Positions 17,923 through 28,870 of a stretch of DNA of 64,000 nucleotides are shown here, piece by piece. The first letter of the stretch is position 1, and each line of letters opens with the position of its first letter. This DNA is from a virus (taxonomy: Duplodnaviria; Caudoviricetes): the IMG/VR virus record IMGVR_UViG_3300027847_001698; one strand, given 5' to 3'. The notes beneath the pieces are model-generated. The model did not search any database. It was not told the DNA's origin and saw only the letters and a program-made list of their open reading frames with translations. Position numbers and translations under genes: made by a program.

Positions 17923-20900
17923 TTATCCTATATCAGTCTCTAACATCATTCCACGCATATAAGTATCAAATAGATCCTTAGTGGGAGATGTTCTTGGGGT
18001 TCTGTATTCTGCACTTCCTGTCTGAATAATATCAGCTACAATTTGATCTTTAGTTACATGATCATCAGCTAAAGGTCCAAAGAATTCTCTTAAAATATTA
18101 GTTGCTCCATGATTTATAATAGAATAACTATCCATCTCACCAATTCTCTGTCCTCCACCCTTACCAGACATAGCCTGTTTAGTAACAGAGCTTACCATTC
18201 CAGTTGATCTTGCTGACAATTTAATTCCACTTTGTTGTTCAAGTTTCTTGTAGTATAGGTATCCTACAGCAATATCAGTGGATGTACTTGTTCCATACTC
18301 TTTAATTTTTAATTTATATCCTTCCTTTGCACCAACTAACCGTAAGGCAGCTCTAATATGTATAATAGTTGGCTCTTGGAATGGAGGAACAATGATAGGA
18401 ATAAATCCACCTCTATCTACAACAGTTTTTAACCATTTTTGATATGTAGCATTGGTCATTGAATTGACTGCAGTAACCACTTGTCTAGAATAGGACTTTC
18501 CTTTAGTTCCATCTAATACGCCTAACACTTTAGTAAGTAGAGCAATAGTCTTATCATTTTTTCGTGGTCCATAACCAATTATTTTAGTAGCCATGAATTT
18601 AGAAATTAAGGATAAATATAATTCTTTAATGGTTGAGGGGTTCATTCTATTTACAATAGCAATAGGATTAAGAATGATATCTACATGTTCACCCCAAGGA
18701 GTTAGTGGCATATTCTCTTCTTTTTCAATTTTAGCAATAACGCCCTTTCCACCATAGTTGTTAGTGATCTTGTCTCCAAGTTCAGCAACCTGAGTTTCTT
18801 CTATTTTAAATCTGATTAATACTCCAGAAAACTGCTGTTTCTCAGAACCAACTCTAGCAGTAAATTTCTTTGGTGTTGCGTGACCTTGTGCTTCCTCATA
18901 TTTTTCTTTATATGCAGCATGTGCCTTCTTTAATGCAGGAAATTTACTTATAGGAGAATTTGCATAAACCTCTAGGGAAATAATCTTTCCACCTGGAGAT
19001 TTTGTTATTAGCTGACCTTGCTGTATTTCATCTTCTTCGAGACCAACAACATCTTCCACTTCTTTAGAAATTCTCATTAGAAGTGGTTCGCCCCGCTTAG
19101 TCAATACTCCTTCTTGATTAATAAAACTAACTCTGTCTGTTGGTTTTACCAAAATCTCAATTTCATGATATGCTTCAGATGTTAATTTTGTTTTTGCAAT
19201 TTTGTCTGAAACAATATATCCATCCTCATATGAATAACCTTTCCATGTCATAACTGCACACAATAAATTAGTTCCTACAGAAATAACGCCATCTTGAATA
19301 TGTTTCCCTTCCGCAACAATCTGATTCTTTTTAACCTTCTGATTCTCAACCACAATAGGCTTGAAGTAATTTAATGCACTTTGTCCCTGACCAGCTCTTA
19401 ATATCTTAGTAGCAAGAGATATAGTTTGAAGTCTACCAGATTTTAGTTTTATAACAATAGCATTAGTGGTAATACTTCTAACTATACCATCACTAATTGC
19501 TTTCTTAACATAGTTATCAGATAACATAGATGTTAATACGCTTTCATATCCAGTTTGAACAATAGGAGCTTCTTCTCCATTTATAGGAATAGCCTGCCGA
19601 CCTTGGCTTCCTGCGAACATAACTCTAGCTCCATCACAAGATCCGATAAATGGAATCATAACTGAATTTACCCCTAAGATTCCTGACTTCTCATCTCTGC
19701 CATCAGTCTTATCAACAAAGGCACCTCTAGAATTAGTTATAGCAGCACCAACAGAAAGCTGATTAATTATTCCTACATTTTCACCTTCTGGTGTATCCAT
19801 TGAATCTATATTGCCATAATATGTAGGATGAATATTTCTAGCTTGTTTTGTTATTGCATTAGAATCTGGTATACCACCTTCACCAATAGGCTTAAGTCTA
19901 GTCAAGCATGATAATTCTTCAGTAGGATTAATATTCTCTAAATCATCCATCAGTTTAGAGTTAACAATTCTCTTTATAGCTTCTGTTACATCTAACTTGT
20001 ATTCAGCATCTTTAAACCCTGAAATTCTACGCTCTCTGTAATCTGTATATGACCCCAAAATCAATTTCTGAATTTGGTGGGCAAATACTTCTGATGTTCT
20101 AATTCTTTGCTTAGATATATCATTTCGGTCATCAACTCTTTCCTTTACTAACTCTTCACAAATATATAAAACAATTTGGGGATATGTAAATGGTAGAAGT
20201 TTTGATTTCAGTACTTGAGTAGCAACAGGTTCCATTATATTCTCTAATACTTGCTTTACTTTCCATGTAGAGTTTCTATTACCTGTTATTTTGATTAATG
20301 CCTGTTCAAATGTTTTTTGATCCTCTAAGTTATCTTCTGTAAAAATATTTGGAGATTCTGCAAATGAATTTAATAAAATTCTTGCGGCATCTGTTTTATA
20401 ATCTACAACAATAAAGTTACCATCACTCAATATCAGATAATTGATTCCTTCAGGTGGTTCTGTGTCAACTATTTTATATTTAACACCAAACAATCGACAT
20501 GTCTTCTTAAATCCAATGTAATAACCCATGAGAACAATTAATGGGAGTTTATATCCCCCTATCAATATCTGAAAGTATTGCTTTTTAACGGTCTTCTTGA
20601 GGTAAATAGTAGAAACGGCATATAGCGTTTCTAACTTGGCTTGTCCCTTTTTAACAAAGAAAATAGGATCTAATATGATCTGATATGTAAGATACTTCTT
20701 CTTTCCATTTATTAAAAATGTACCATCACCCATTAGACGGGGTATTTGGATTTCTACTTCATGTTTATTTTTCTTGTCATCTTGTAATACAACAATATAC
20801 CTATCATATAAAGAAGGATTCAAGTCACCAGGATCAGATGGGATAGGTTCCTTTTTCATACTGAATAGTTTCAATGGATAATCTTTTTTCTCCAACAATT

Positions 20901-22122
20901 TAAATGAATTTAATAAATCCTTTTCAAATGAGGTAGCAAAATCTAATTGACGTTTATTTAATATATGACTAGGATCTTTATGTTCAACTAACCCATGTAT
21001 ATCAACTTTAGAATGAATCAAATCTCTATTATTGTTTTGTGGTGGATCTCGTTTAACCACATCAGATAACAATTCCTTCTTAACCTGATCCAACATATAC
21101 TTTCTTCGTTCAGGAACAACTGTTTCAACTGTTTCATTTGATTTTTTAAGATCTCCAGATACACTAAACAAAATAGATTTTGTTGCTAGAGTTGTCGCTG
21201 CATTCTTATCAATACTTCTAGATAAAATACTTCTCCTAACTTGAGGTGGCATTGCTTTCAGGTAATTTGCAACTGCATATCTAATAGTATCTCTTTCTTC
21301 TTCTGTTTTTTCTATAATCGGATCAACTGTTACTGTATCTTCTGTATCTGAAATAATTTCATCAGTCGTCTTGTTATTGGGTAACTTAACAACCATGTCA
21401 TCATTAGGAACTATATCAATTTTACCAACTGCCAAATCAGCAGCAGCCATTGCTTCATCTTGACTTATAAAATCAGTTTTAGTCGATATAAGGGACTTTA
21501 AGATATTTCTAATTCTTGTATAGGGGAGACTATCATTTTCATTCCCCAACATTGAATATTTAGTTATTCCGTTTTTGATGATCGCTATTAGGAAATATTC
21601 AAAAGGATTTTCACCTTCAGTCTTTAACATTTCTAGAATTGGCCAAGCTCGTCTTTTAGTTATTCCTCTTGGTAATTCCTCATCTAGATTCACAACATAC
21701 AGTAAGACTTTCTTTCGGCCTTCATGTAAGCCTCTAAGACCAGATAAATATTCCTTTATCCTTGAACTAACAACGTTTCTTCTGTAATTTCCTTTTTTGA
21801 ATTTTACATCAATAGCATCCAAGTATCTAGTTAAATCAATATAAATATTATCTGCTTGACGTTGTAAATTTCTAGCTACAATTAATCCCAGCTTTCTATA
21901 AGGAAGAATTGCCTTACCATTAATCATAACTCTAGGATATCTAGACGCTATAGGAACAATCTTTCTGACATGTGTTTTCTTTATCTTAAGATGTTCATAT
22001 GTTGTTATAAAATCCACATTCTCTGGATAGAAAAAAATGGAATATGAACTAGCCCGTGAATTATCAATTCCTATTTGGGCAGTAGAAAACGGGAATAATT
22101 TTAACCGATCAATAAATATCAT
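17923..22122 (-). CDS. rpoB: Multi-subunit RNA polymerase beta subunit with long N-terminal extension
   Basis: GTFLING (aa 467), DTPEGENVG, GSQGRQA, YSYEDG, GDKITNNYGGKGVI, DIILNP, GQRIGEMD. Confidence 0.95.
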   Translation of the reverse strand: MIFIDRLKLFPFSTAQIGIDNSRASSYSIFFYPENVDFITTYEHLKIKKTHVRKIVPIASRYPRVMINGKAILPYRKLGLIVARNLQRQADNIYIDLTRYLDAIDVKFKKGNYRRNVVSSRIKEYLSGLRGLHEGRKKVLLYVVNLDEELPRGITKRRAWPILEMLKTEGENPFEYFLIAIIKNGITKYSMLGNENDSLPYTRIRNILKSLISTKTDFISQDEAMAAADLAVGKIDIVPNDDMVVKLPNNKTTDEIISDTEDTVTVDPIIEKTEEERDTIRYAVANYLKAMPPQVRRSILSRSIDKNAATTLATKSILFSVSGDLKKSNETVETVVPERRKYMLDQVKKELLSDVVKRDPPQNNNRDLIHSKVDIHGLVEHKDPSHILNKRQLDFATSFEKDLLNSFKLLEKKDYPLKLFSMKKEPIPSDPGDLNPSLYDRYIVVLQDDKKNKHEVEIQIPRLMGDGTFLINGKKKYLTYQIILDPIFFVKKGQAKLETLYAVSTIYLKKTVKKQYFQILIGGYKLPLIVLMGYYIGFKKTCRLFGVKYKIVDTEPPEGINYLILSDGNFIVVDYKTDAARILLNSFAESPNIFTEDNLEDQKTFEQALIKITGNRNSTWKVKQVLENIMEPVATQVLKSKLLPFTYPQIVLYICEELVKERVDDRNDISKQRIRTSEVFAHQIQKLILGSYTDYRERRISGFKDAEYKLDVTEAIKRIVNSKLMDDLENINPTEELSCLTRLKPIGEGGIPDSNAITKQARNIHPTYYGNIDSMDTPEGENVGIINQLSVGAAITNSRGAFVDKTDGRDEKSGILGVNSVMIPFIGSCDGARVMFAGSQGRQAIPINGEEAPIVQTGYESVLTSMLSDNYVKKAISDGIVRSITTNAIVIKLKSGRLQTISLATKILRAGQGQSALNYFKPIVVENQKVKKNQIVAEGKHIQDGVISVGTNLLCAVMTWKGYSYEDGYIVSDKIAKTKLTSEAYHEIEILVKPTDRVSFINQEGVLTKRGEPLLMRISKEVEDVVGLEEDEIQQGQLITKSPGGKIISLEVYANSPISKFPALKKAHAAYKEKYEEAQGHATPKKFTARVGSEKQQFSGVLIRFKIEETQVAELGDKITNNYGGKGVIAKIEKEENMPLTPWGEHVDIILNPIAIVNRMNPSTIKELYLSLISKFMATKIIGYGPRKNDKTIALLTKVLGVLDGTKGKSYSRQVVTAVNSMTNATYQKWLKTVVDRGGFIPIIVPPFQEPTIIHIRAALRLVGAKEGYKLKIKEYGTSTSTDIAVGYLYYKKLEQQSGIKLSARSTGMVSSVTKQAMSGKGGGQRIGEMDSYSIINHGATNILREFFGPLADDHVTKDQIVADIIQTGSAEYRTPRTSPTKDLFDTYMRGMMLETDIG

Positions 22123-22125
22123 GTC

Positions 22126-22551
22126 TTACTTCAATTTCTTTAATGTAACAAGTCCTTTCTTTTTACTAGCAGTAAGACTCCATTTGCCTTCCAATATCTC
22201 AGACGTAAATACGAAACGTTCTGATCCTGCATTCACATTTCCTTTCAGATTATAGCTTCCCTGTCTTGTCTTTCCTGCAAACTTAATCCGTTGTTTAAAT
22301 GTTTGAGGTTTAGAAGCTGGCATTATACGGCCCATAATCTCATCCCCCTTTTTTAACAGTTCAATTGGTGTTTGAGATATGAGCATATATGACGCCCATC
22401 CGTCTGCAAGATTGGTTCCATCTGAAACTGAATTAAAATATTTAAAATGTAAAGCTAACTCTTTCCCACTATTTGAAAAGGATATTGCTAATATATTATC
22501 CATCTTTGCTTCAAACAGAATACGTTTAATGTAAAAAAATTTATTATCCAT
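22126..22551 (-). CDS. Hypothetical protein (possibly virion-associated)
   Basis: Tightly packed between the peptidase and beta genes. Confidence 0.65.
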   Translation of the reverse strand: MDNKFFYIKRILFEAKMDNILAISFSNSGKELALHFKYFNSVSDGTNLADGWASYMLISQTPIELLKKGDEIMGRIMPASKPQTFKQRIKFAGKTRQGSYNLKGNVNAGSERFVFTSEILEGKWSLTASKKKGLVTLKKLK

Positions 22552-22553
22552 GG

Positions 22554-23417
22554 TTAATGTCCAATTTTCTTGTTTTTCATTGCAGATATAATTTTATCTG
22601 CTGAAATATTAAATATGCCCGCCACCTTTGTTGCTACATTTTTTGGTTTATCAATTTTTTCATTTTTCATTGATCCTCTGGCTTCTTCTATTCTTTTTCT
22701 CATATCGGGATGAGTTTTGAATATTTCAGTAAACTTGTTAACTGCGACCATAAATTTAGACTTGGATTTATTTAAATTCATTTTGTATGCATTAGCTAGA
22801 ATTTTAAATGCTTGAATTAACTCCTTTCCGTATCCCATCTTCACAGCAAAATCATCAGCTCTATACTCAAATCGTCTTGACATATAATTAGGAACTGTGG
22901 CTACTAATAGAGCAGTGACAAACATAAAAATACCTACTATTTTAAGGTCTTTGATATTCCCGGACTTCATGAGATCCAGTGGCTTGCCGATCTCTAAATT
23001 AAGTGACACTAACACCTGAACAAGAATAAAAGCACTAGATCTCTTAATAACATCATTATTAGTAGAATGTGCCACTTCGTGTAATAATATCGATATTGCT
23101 TGTCTATCATTAGTTAATTTTACAAGACTATCGGTTATGTACAAATTTTTACCTCCAAATGTAAACGCATTTGGGATTGGCTTTTTTCCACCACTCATGT
23201 CATCTATTTCATGAACGATCCATCCACCTTCCTTCTTTGCCTTCTTCATAATATCATTAAGAAGTTTAGTAAACTTCTTATGAATTTTAGTAGAATTTGC
23301 TAACTTAGCAGCTCGGAGCATACACACCGTAATCATAATAACTACAAAAACAGGAGTTGCCATGAAGGTTGGACTATCCATTAACCCTTCTTTGACTTCT
23401 AAATATTTTTTATTCAT
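22554..23417 (-). CDS. M48/HtpX-like zinc metallopeptidase
   Basis: PNAFTFG, LLHEVAH (HExxH), EYRADDFA, THP; hydrophobic helices. Confidence 0.85.
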   Translation of the reverse strand: MNKKYLEVKEGLMDSPTFMATPVFVVIMITVCMLRAAKLANSTKIHKKFTKLLNDIMKKAKKEGGWIVHEIDDMSGGKKPIPNAFTFGGKNLYITDSLVKLTNDRQAISILLHEVAHSTNNDVIKRSSAFILVQVLVSLNLEIGKPLDLMKSGNIKDLKIVGIFMFVTALLVATVPNYMSRRFEYRADDFAVKMGYGKELIQAFKILANAYKMNLNKSKSKFMVAVNKFTEIFKTHPDMRKRIEEARGSMKNEKIDKPKNVATKVAGIFNISADKIISAMKNKKIGH

Positions 23418-23492
23418 AATATTAAATATTCCTTATTTATTATTTTGTTCTGAGATTTAAGGTTTTATAAATATGAACCATAACCAACTGTC

Positions 23493-26400
23493 TTAAAGTG
23501 TACCATTTACCATTTGTTCCAATATGCTTTCACTCTGGTCTCTATCATAAGTGAGACCAGTCATAACTGCTAATCCCGGATTTTCAAAACTAAGAGCAGA
23601 TAACCAACTTTCCAATGAAGGTATCTTTTTAAGACTTACTACTATTGCATTATAATCTTTGTTTAATCTTGCTGGGAATGACGGGTTAGATTTATCTCGT
23701 AAAAGTTGACTTGCGAGAATTTCAAAATGAACCATATCTGCACCTGTCATTGGGCCATACTGATCATAAATTTTCATACAAAAGTGATCGGCTGATTTCC
23801 ATGGTTTCTTACCAGACAGTAAATGATTAATTATTCTAACCTTATCTGAAAAATCAGATGTAGAAGCAGGACATGTAAATACTGCTGAGTTATCAGAAAA
23901 CGGAATAGTGATTATATTACCATCATCTTGTACTTGGCGTCCCTTCAATGGAATATGAGTATGAAAATCCAATGCACAATCAATCACAACTCTATCTTTT
24001 GTAACTATCTCAAAATAACCATACTCTAATTCAAATGTATCACCAACTTTCTTAATATCCTTTTTCGGATCTAAAAATTGATTTCTATTAATGATAATAC
24101 TTCCAGATGTTTTAGTCACTAAGTCATTGATCTTTTGTGAAAACATTTTAGAGAAATACTGACTAGTCTTAACATCCATATTTGCGGTTAATGGCTTTAT
24201 GATATCCACAGCAGTAACAGATATCGCTCCACCACTATGAAATGTATTATGATTTTGAATTCCTCCCAACATATAATCTTTAGTATTGGTTTGGATATCG
24301 TATACAGGATAATCCCATTTCCAAATATCTTTTACTGTAGATACTACATCAAAGCCACGAACAGGCAAGTCTCTTCTTATTTTTATTGGTAGAATTTTAC
24401 CATTTGCTTTTAGTTTTTCACTACTAAGATTCTCATTTTTTAGAAATCGTATATCAATTGCAAAATTAGGTCTTTTTTGTTTACACCCCTTAGATCCTTC
24501 TTTATCTGGAGGGACAATACATGTATTACATTTATAACCTAACTTATCACATATAGCTTTAATCTGCTGAACCAGATAATAACTACAAGTGTACACCCTG
24601 CAACACGTACTAGCTGTATTAAATACAGTCCCGTCTCCATCAATCATTCCAGATAGAAAATCTTTTAACCATGATTTACTAAAATCTATAAAATTCTCTG
24701 GGAGTCTCTTTTCCCATGCATACGAACCATAAACAACATCATTAACATATCTATCATTATCTACAATAGTAATATATTTATCATAAACTCTAATATCATT
24801 ATATTGTTTTTTCAATTCTGATATTATTCTAGGCTTTATATAATTATCATGTTGGGAGATTATGTTCCCTTTAGTATTTCTGCCTTCTCCCGCTTTACAT
24901 CCTTCGGCACAATATATTCCAGCAACATAACCACTTACACCAGGAACTACTCTCTTTTTATTATTAGATGCAATGGTCGAATCTATCCATATGGCATCAT
25001 GTTTTGTTAACTCAGATGCTTCTATCTCAATTAATTCTTCATCGGTTATTGTAAATGGTGTTCGGGTAGATTGTGTTTCATTATATAATCTATCCCCAAT
25101 AAGCCTACACTTGTCATTAGAATATTTTGAATGAATAGAAGTTTTCTTGATCCATAATGGATGATTGGATTGGCACACCAACGTATGGCCACTTTTTGTA
25201 GTTATGAACATCATCTTTTCAGTAGGATCATGTTTTTGTATTGTAAGTGCCTTAACCTCTCCTTCCTTTCCTTGTACGGTAAAAGTAGATGGTAATTCTT
25301 TTGTTTCTTTTCCATCAATAATATCAATATCAGATGATACTGAATTCCATAAATCCTTAAATGCTATAAGGTTAGAATTATGATGAACTAATCCATCTGA
25401 ACATTTCATAATCATCTGGGTTCCACGTTCACCAAAGATCTGACCAGCCAATACTCCAACGTAAGGAGTTCTATTTCTTTCTAATAGATCACCATAACAA
25501 GTTTTGCATATTTTAGGAGATATACAATACAGTGGAGACTTTAAAGAAATGACTTTACCCATAGCTTTACTGGGATCTAGTTTAATAGGATTACCAACTT
25601 TATTAAGATAGTATCGGCCTTCTAATCGTCTTGCTATATCTGGAGTTACTTTTAATTGGAATCCCCGTTGGGTCTTACAATTAAAAATAGTAGGATCAGC
25701 TTCTACCCGTTGAAGTGCGAATACTAACTGTCTGCTCAAATATCCAGTATCAGCAGTATTCAATACACGATCAGCAATACCACGTCTACTTCCTGCTCCA
25801 CTCATAAAGAAATCTTTACTGGTCATTCCTTCTGCATATGACTGGGCAATTGGCTCTTGGATATTCCCTTCATTATCAGAAATTAATCCTTTAGCTACAA
25901 GTATCTGTCTAGCTTGATCATAACCACCTTTTAGAACTCCAGCTTTTCCTAACGTCCCAATATTGCCATCTTTCTTTTCTAAATGAGCACCAATATCAAC
26001 AGTGGATTGTTGAATTATTCTATCAGCCTCTTGTGGTGATTTTCCTACTAATTGTTTTTTAGCATCGACAATAGATTTTGGAATTTCAAGGTCTTCAAGG
26101 CCAAATGAAGGAGAACCAATTGTTCCATACTTATAAGATATTTTTAATATCTTATCAGCCCAATCAACATATTTTTCTCTTCCATATGTTATAAAGTATT
26201 CATTAGCTATATTGTTTAGCTTCTTCTGATTCACTTGTTCATTTATAAATGTATGACCATCAGGAAAGATATCATTAAACATAATCCTTCCAACTGTGGT
26301 ATCAAGTGTTCCATACTTTACTTTATCATTAATAGGCAATCCTTTTAACTGTCCAGGTCTAGTTACCCTTACTGCCGCCTTTCTAGACTTCGAATCCTTA

Positions 26401-27665
26401 GTAAGCAAATAGATACCAATTGCACTATCTTTATCAAACGAATCACTAATTTGATTTATTGAGTCCTTTGATGTGGTGACCATCATCTTGTCCTTTGCTT
26501 CCTCAATAGCCTGTCTAGTTATTGGGACATAGACTGCCATTTGATCCCCATCAAAGTCTGCATTATAAGCTGAACATTTCATGGGATTAATTCTAATGGT
26601 ATTTCCGTCTACTAATACAGGTTTAAATGCTTGCACCGATTCAGCATGGAGACTAGGATCTCTTTTTGCTAATACAATTTTATCTTTGATTGCATTATTT
26701 GTTGAAACTACTAATATGTCATATAACTCTTGAGATATTTCATCATGCTTTGATATTGCAATGAATAGTCTTCTTAGACTTAATGCAGATAATTTACTTC
26801 CGTCAAAACGTTCTAATGCATCAGAAAGCTGTTCTTTTGGTATATTTCCACTATTCAATAAATCAAATATAATAAATGGTTCAAATAGTTTAACAAGAAG
26901 CCTTAATGGTATTCCTAATTCGTCTGCACGTAGTTCGGATGCAGCTCCAGATATAACTGCCCTAGCTGTAAAATCTACTCTCTTACCCAATAAATCACTT
27001 CTAAGTAATCCTTTCTTCTTAGAGACTTTACTTGTAAGATAATTGTATAATTCGAGTACTAACTCATGCATTCTAAATGCTAATACATCATATACGGGTC
27101 CTGATGTTTGTGTTCTTAATTGTAATGACAATCTAAGAATTTTAAGGTAGTAATCATTTAAAGGATTAACTGTAATATCCCCAGTATCAGTGATCTCAAG
27201 TTGTCTATAATCTGGAGGAATAATGATACACTTATCAGTAAATGCATGTCCTTTCTTTGTATAGAAATCAACCATTCCAATTAAATCAGCTCTCGATTTT
27301 GAATCTGCTGAAAATTTTATTTTTGACCAATTATCAACCACTGAAGACATTCCCGTTATCTCACCATCCTCATCAAGAATCAATTCACCGTTCTGTAGAG
27401 TAAATGTTTTCTCTCCTGACATTGCAGTTATAACAGATCTCTTTAATCTCCTTATAGTACCAAATAACGCTGGATGTAAAACATTACAATTTAAATCAAT
27501 GAAAGAATATATTTTTCTTCTATCTGAAGTATCAACTGCCCCAAAGATCTTTTCAGAGAAAAATCCTTCGGGGTGAAATGTTGTAGTTTTTCCTACGAAA
27601 TATTCAGTAGATGTAACAGGAACTAATTTAGATGTCTCCTTATCTATATTCAACAATTTTAGCAT
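23493..27665 (-). CDS. rpoC: Multi-subunit RNA polymerase beta' subunit, intein-containing
   Basis: IIPPDYR, LLGKRVDFTARAVI, catalytic YNADFDGDQM, TADTGYLSRQL, C-x-C-x-CxxC zinc site, and GERGTQMIMK^TFHSGG split by an intein. Confidence 0.95.
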   Translation of the reverse strand: MLKLLNIDKETSKLVPVTSTEYFVGKTTTFHPEGFFSEKIFGAVDTSDRRKIYSFIDLNCNVLHPALFGTIRRLKRSVITAMSGEKTFTLQNGELILDEDGEITGMSSVVDNWSKIKFSADSKSRADLIGMVDFYTKKGHAFTDKCIIIPPDYRQLEITDTGDITVNPLNDYYLKILRLSLQLRTQTSGPVYDVLAFRMHELVLELYNYLTSKVSKKKGLLRSDLLGKRVDFTARAVISGAASELRADELGIPLRLLVKLFEPFIIFDLLNSGNIPKEQLSDALERFDGSKLSALSLRRLFIAISKHDEISQELYDILVVSTNNAIKDKIVLAKRDPSLHAESVQAFKPVLVDGNTIRINPMKCSAYNADFDGDQMAVYVPITRQAIEEAKDKMMVTTSKDSINQISDSFDKDSAIGIYLLTKDSKSRKAAVRVTRPGQLKGLPINDKVKYGTLDTTVGRIMFNDIFPDGHTFINEQVNQKKLNNIANEYFITYGREKYVDWADKILKISYKYGTIGSPSFGLEDLEIPKSIVDAKKQLVGKSPQEADRIIQQSTVDIGAHLEKKDGNIGTLGKAGVLKGGYDQARQILVAKGLISDNEGNIQEPIAQSYAEGMTSKDFFMSGAGSRRGIADRVLNTADTGYLSRQLVFALQRVEADPTIFNCKTQRGFQLKVTPDIARRLEGRYYLNKVGNPIKLDPSKAMGKVISLKSPLYCISPKICKTCYGDLLERNRTPYVGVLAGQIFGERGTQMIMKCSDGLVHHNSNLIAFKDLWNSVSSDIDIIDGKETKELPSTFTVQGKEGEVKALTIQKHDPTEKMMFITTKSGHTLVCQSNHPLWIKKTSIHSKYSNDKCRLIGDRLYNETQSTRTPFTITDEELIEIEASELTKHDAIWIDSTIASNNKKRVVPGVSGYVAGIYCAEGCKAGEGRNTKGNIISQHDNYIKPRIISELKKQYNDIRVYDKYITIVDNDRYVNDVVYGSYAWEKRLPENFIDFSKSWLKDFLSGMIDGDGTVFNTASTCCRVYTCSYYLVQQIKAICDKLGYKCNTCIVPPDKEGSKGCKQKRPNFAIDIRFLKNENLSSEKLKANGKILPIKIRRDLPVRGFDVVSTVKDIWKWDYPVYDIQTNTKDYMLGGIQNHNTFHSGGAISVTAVDIIKPLTANMDVKTSQYFSKMFSQKINDLVTKTSGSIIINRNQFLDPKKDIKKVGDTFELEYGYFEIVTKDRVVIDCALDFHTHIPLKGRQVQDDGNIITIPFSDNSAVFTCPASTSDFSDKVRIINHLLSGKKPWKSADHFCMKIYDQYGPMTGADMVHFEILASQLLRDKSNPSFPARLNKDYNAIVVSLKKIPSLESWLSALSFENPGLAVMTGLTYDRDQSESILEQMVNGTL
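24246..25403 (-). mobile_element. Intein (386 aa) with LAGLIDADG homing endonuclease
   Basis: Starts at Cys (CSDGLV), block B-like QSNHPLW, endonuclease motifs YVAGIYCAEG and FLSGMIDGDG, ends His-Asn, +1 residue Thr. Removing it restores GTQMIMKTFHSGG. Confidence 0.9.
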
Positions 27666-27712
27666 AAATATTTCCTTCCGTTACACGTTATCTATATACA
27701 GAAACTTATATT

Positions 27713-28855
27713 TTAGAGAGTCTTTTCGAATTCTTCTCTACCATCTACATCACTTTGCTTAACTTTACTTAGATTATAATTATCTACCATTTCTGCAAAT
27801 AGGTACATAATAATAGCTCCACATATAATCGGAATTGCAACCTTTATTGTTAATTCCCCAATCTTGGTTCCATGAAATTTTCCTTTACTAAGAGCGCTAC
27901 TAAGAGATTTAGGGGGAGCTAAGTCATGATGTTTAATCTTCTTACCAGTAGAATCAACAACCTTTTTAATGAGACCTGTATTCAGGTCCTTTGCCGTGTC
28001 CTTGATTATTGTTGATCCGTCTGTCGACCATATGGCTTTCTTTGTCTTTTCATAGGAGCCTTTTATCCCCGTAAGCCAAGGAATTTCATCACCAGCATTT
28101 GCAACAAAATCTTTAATACCCCATATACCTCTAGCTAAACCTTTACCCAATACACTAAATGCTCCAATTACTTTAGTTTTGAATACTTTTGTTCTAATAA
28201 AAATAAGGAATGCTGTAATTATAGCAGTACCAATAGCAAATCTACCCTGTTCCTTTTCTAACTTTAAGGTAGTAAACCATCTCTTAAATCCAGAAATTAC
28301 ATTTTTAGATGCAGATTTAATATCAATTACTTTTGATTTATCTCGCATATCTTTAGTTTGTTCAACTGCATTAATAATACATGTTATAGTTAAAATCAAT
28401 GCGATAGGAATAACAATAGGGGCATTTAATAAACCCAATGATACTCCAAATCCAACAGTCCCTAATGCCTTAACTACCACGACCAATGATGCATCAAATA
28501 CCTGATCAACATCTCCAGCTTTCAATCCAGGAAGTTTTTTGTCAAGATAACCGGTCAGCTTCTTTAAAAATGATTTTGCTTCTCGGGTTGTTTTAGGTCC
28601 ATCACGTTTAACAGGAGAGTTAGTGCGAGATGGCTTAGATGTATCACCAAATAGATCATCATCCGCCGACGCTAATGCTAGTTGTGTCGCATTAATAACA
28701 ACTTTCTTATGATTACTAAATACTTTCTTTATATCCGCCCAATTTTTAATGTTAGATGTTGAATCTATTGCTTTCTTTAATGGACGCAGTTTAGTAAATT
28801 CTAATACAACGCTTCCCTCTTGTAGATAAGAAGTAATTTTTTTCTCTGAACTCAT
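27713..28855 (-). CDS. Hypothetical membrane-segment protein (possible virion/ejection protein)
   Basis: Several hydrophobic helices separated by Lys-rich regions; N-terminal YLQEG motif. Confidence 0.65.
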   Translation of the reverse strand: MSSEKKITSYLQEGSVVLEFTKLRPLKKAIDSTSNIKNWADIKKVFSNHKKVVINATQLALASADDDLFGDTSKPSRTNSPVKRDGPKTTREAKSFLKKLTGYLDKKLPGLKAGDVDQVFDASLVVVVKALGTVGFGVSLGLLNAPIVIPIALILTITCIINAVEQTKDMRDKSKVIDIKSASKNVISGFKRWFTTLKLEKEQGRFAIGTAIITAFLIFIRTKVFKTKVIGAFSVLGKGLARGIWGIKDFVANAGDEIPWLTGIKGSYEKTKKAIWSTDGSTIIKDTAKDLNTGLIKKVVDSTGKKIKHHDLAPPKSLSSALSKGKFHGTKIGELTIKVAIPIICGAIIMYLFAEMVDNYNLSKVKQSDVDGREEFEKTL

Positions 28856-28870
28856 TAGTGTAATCCTATT

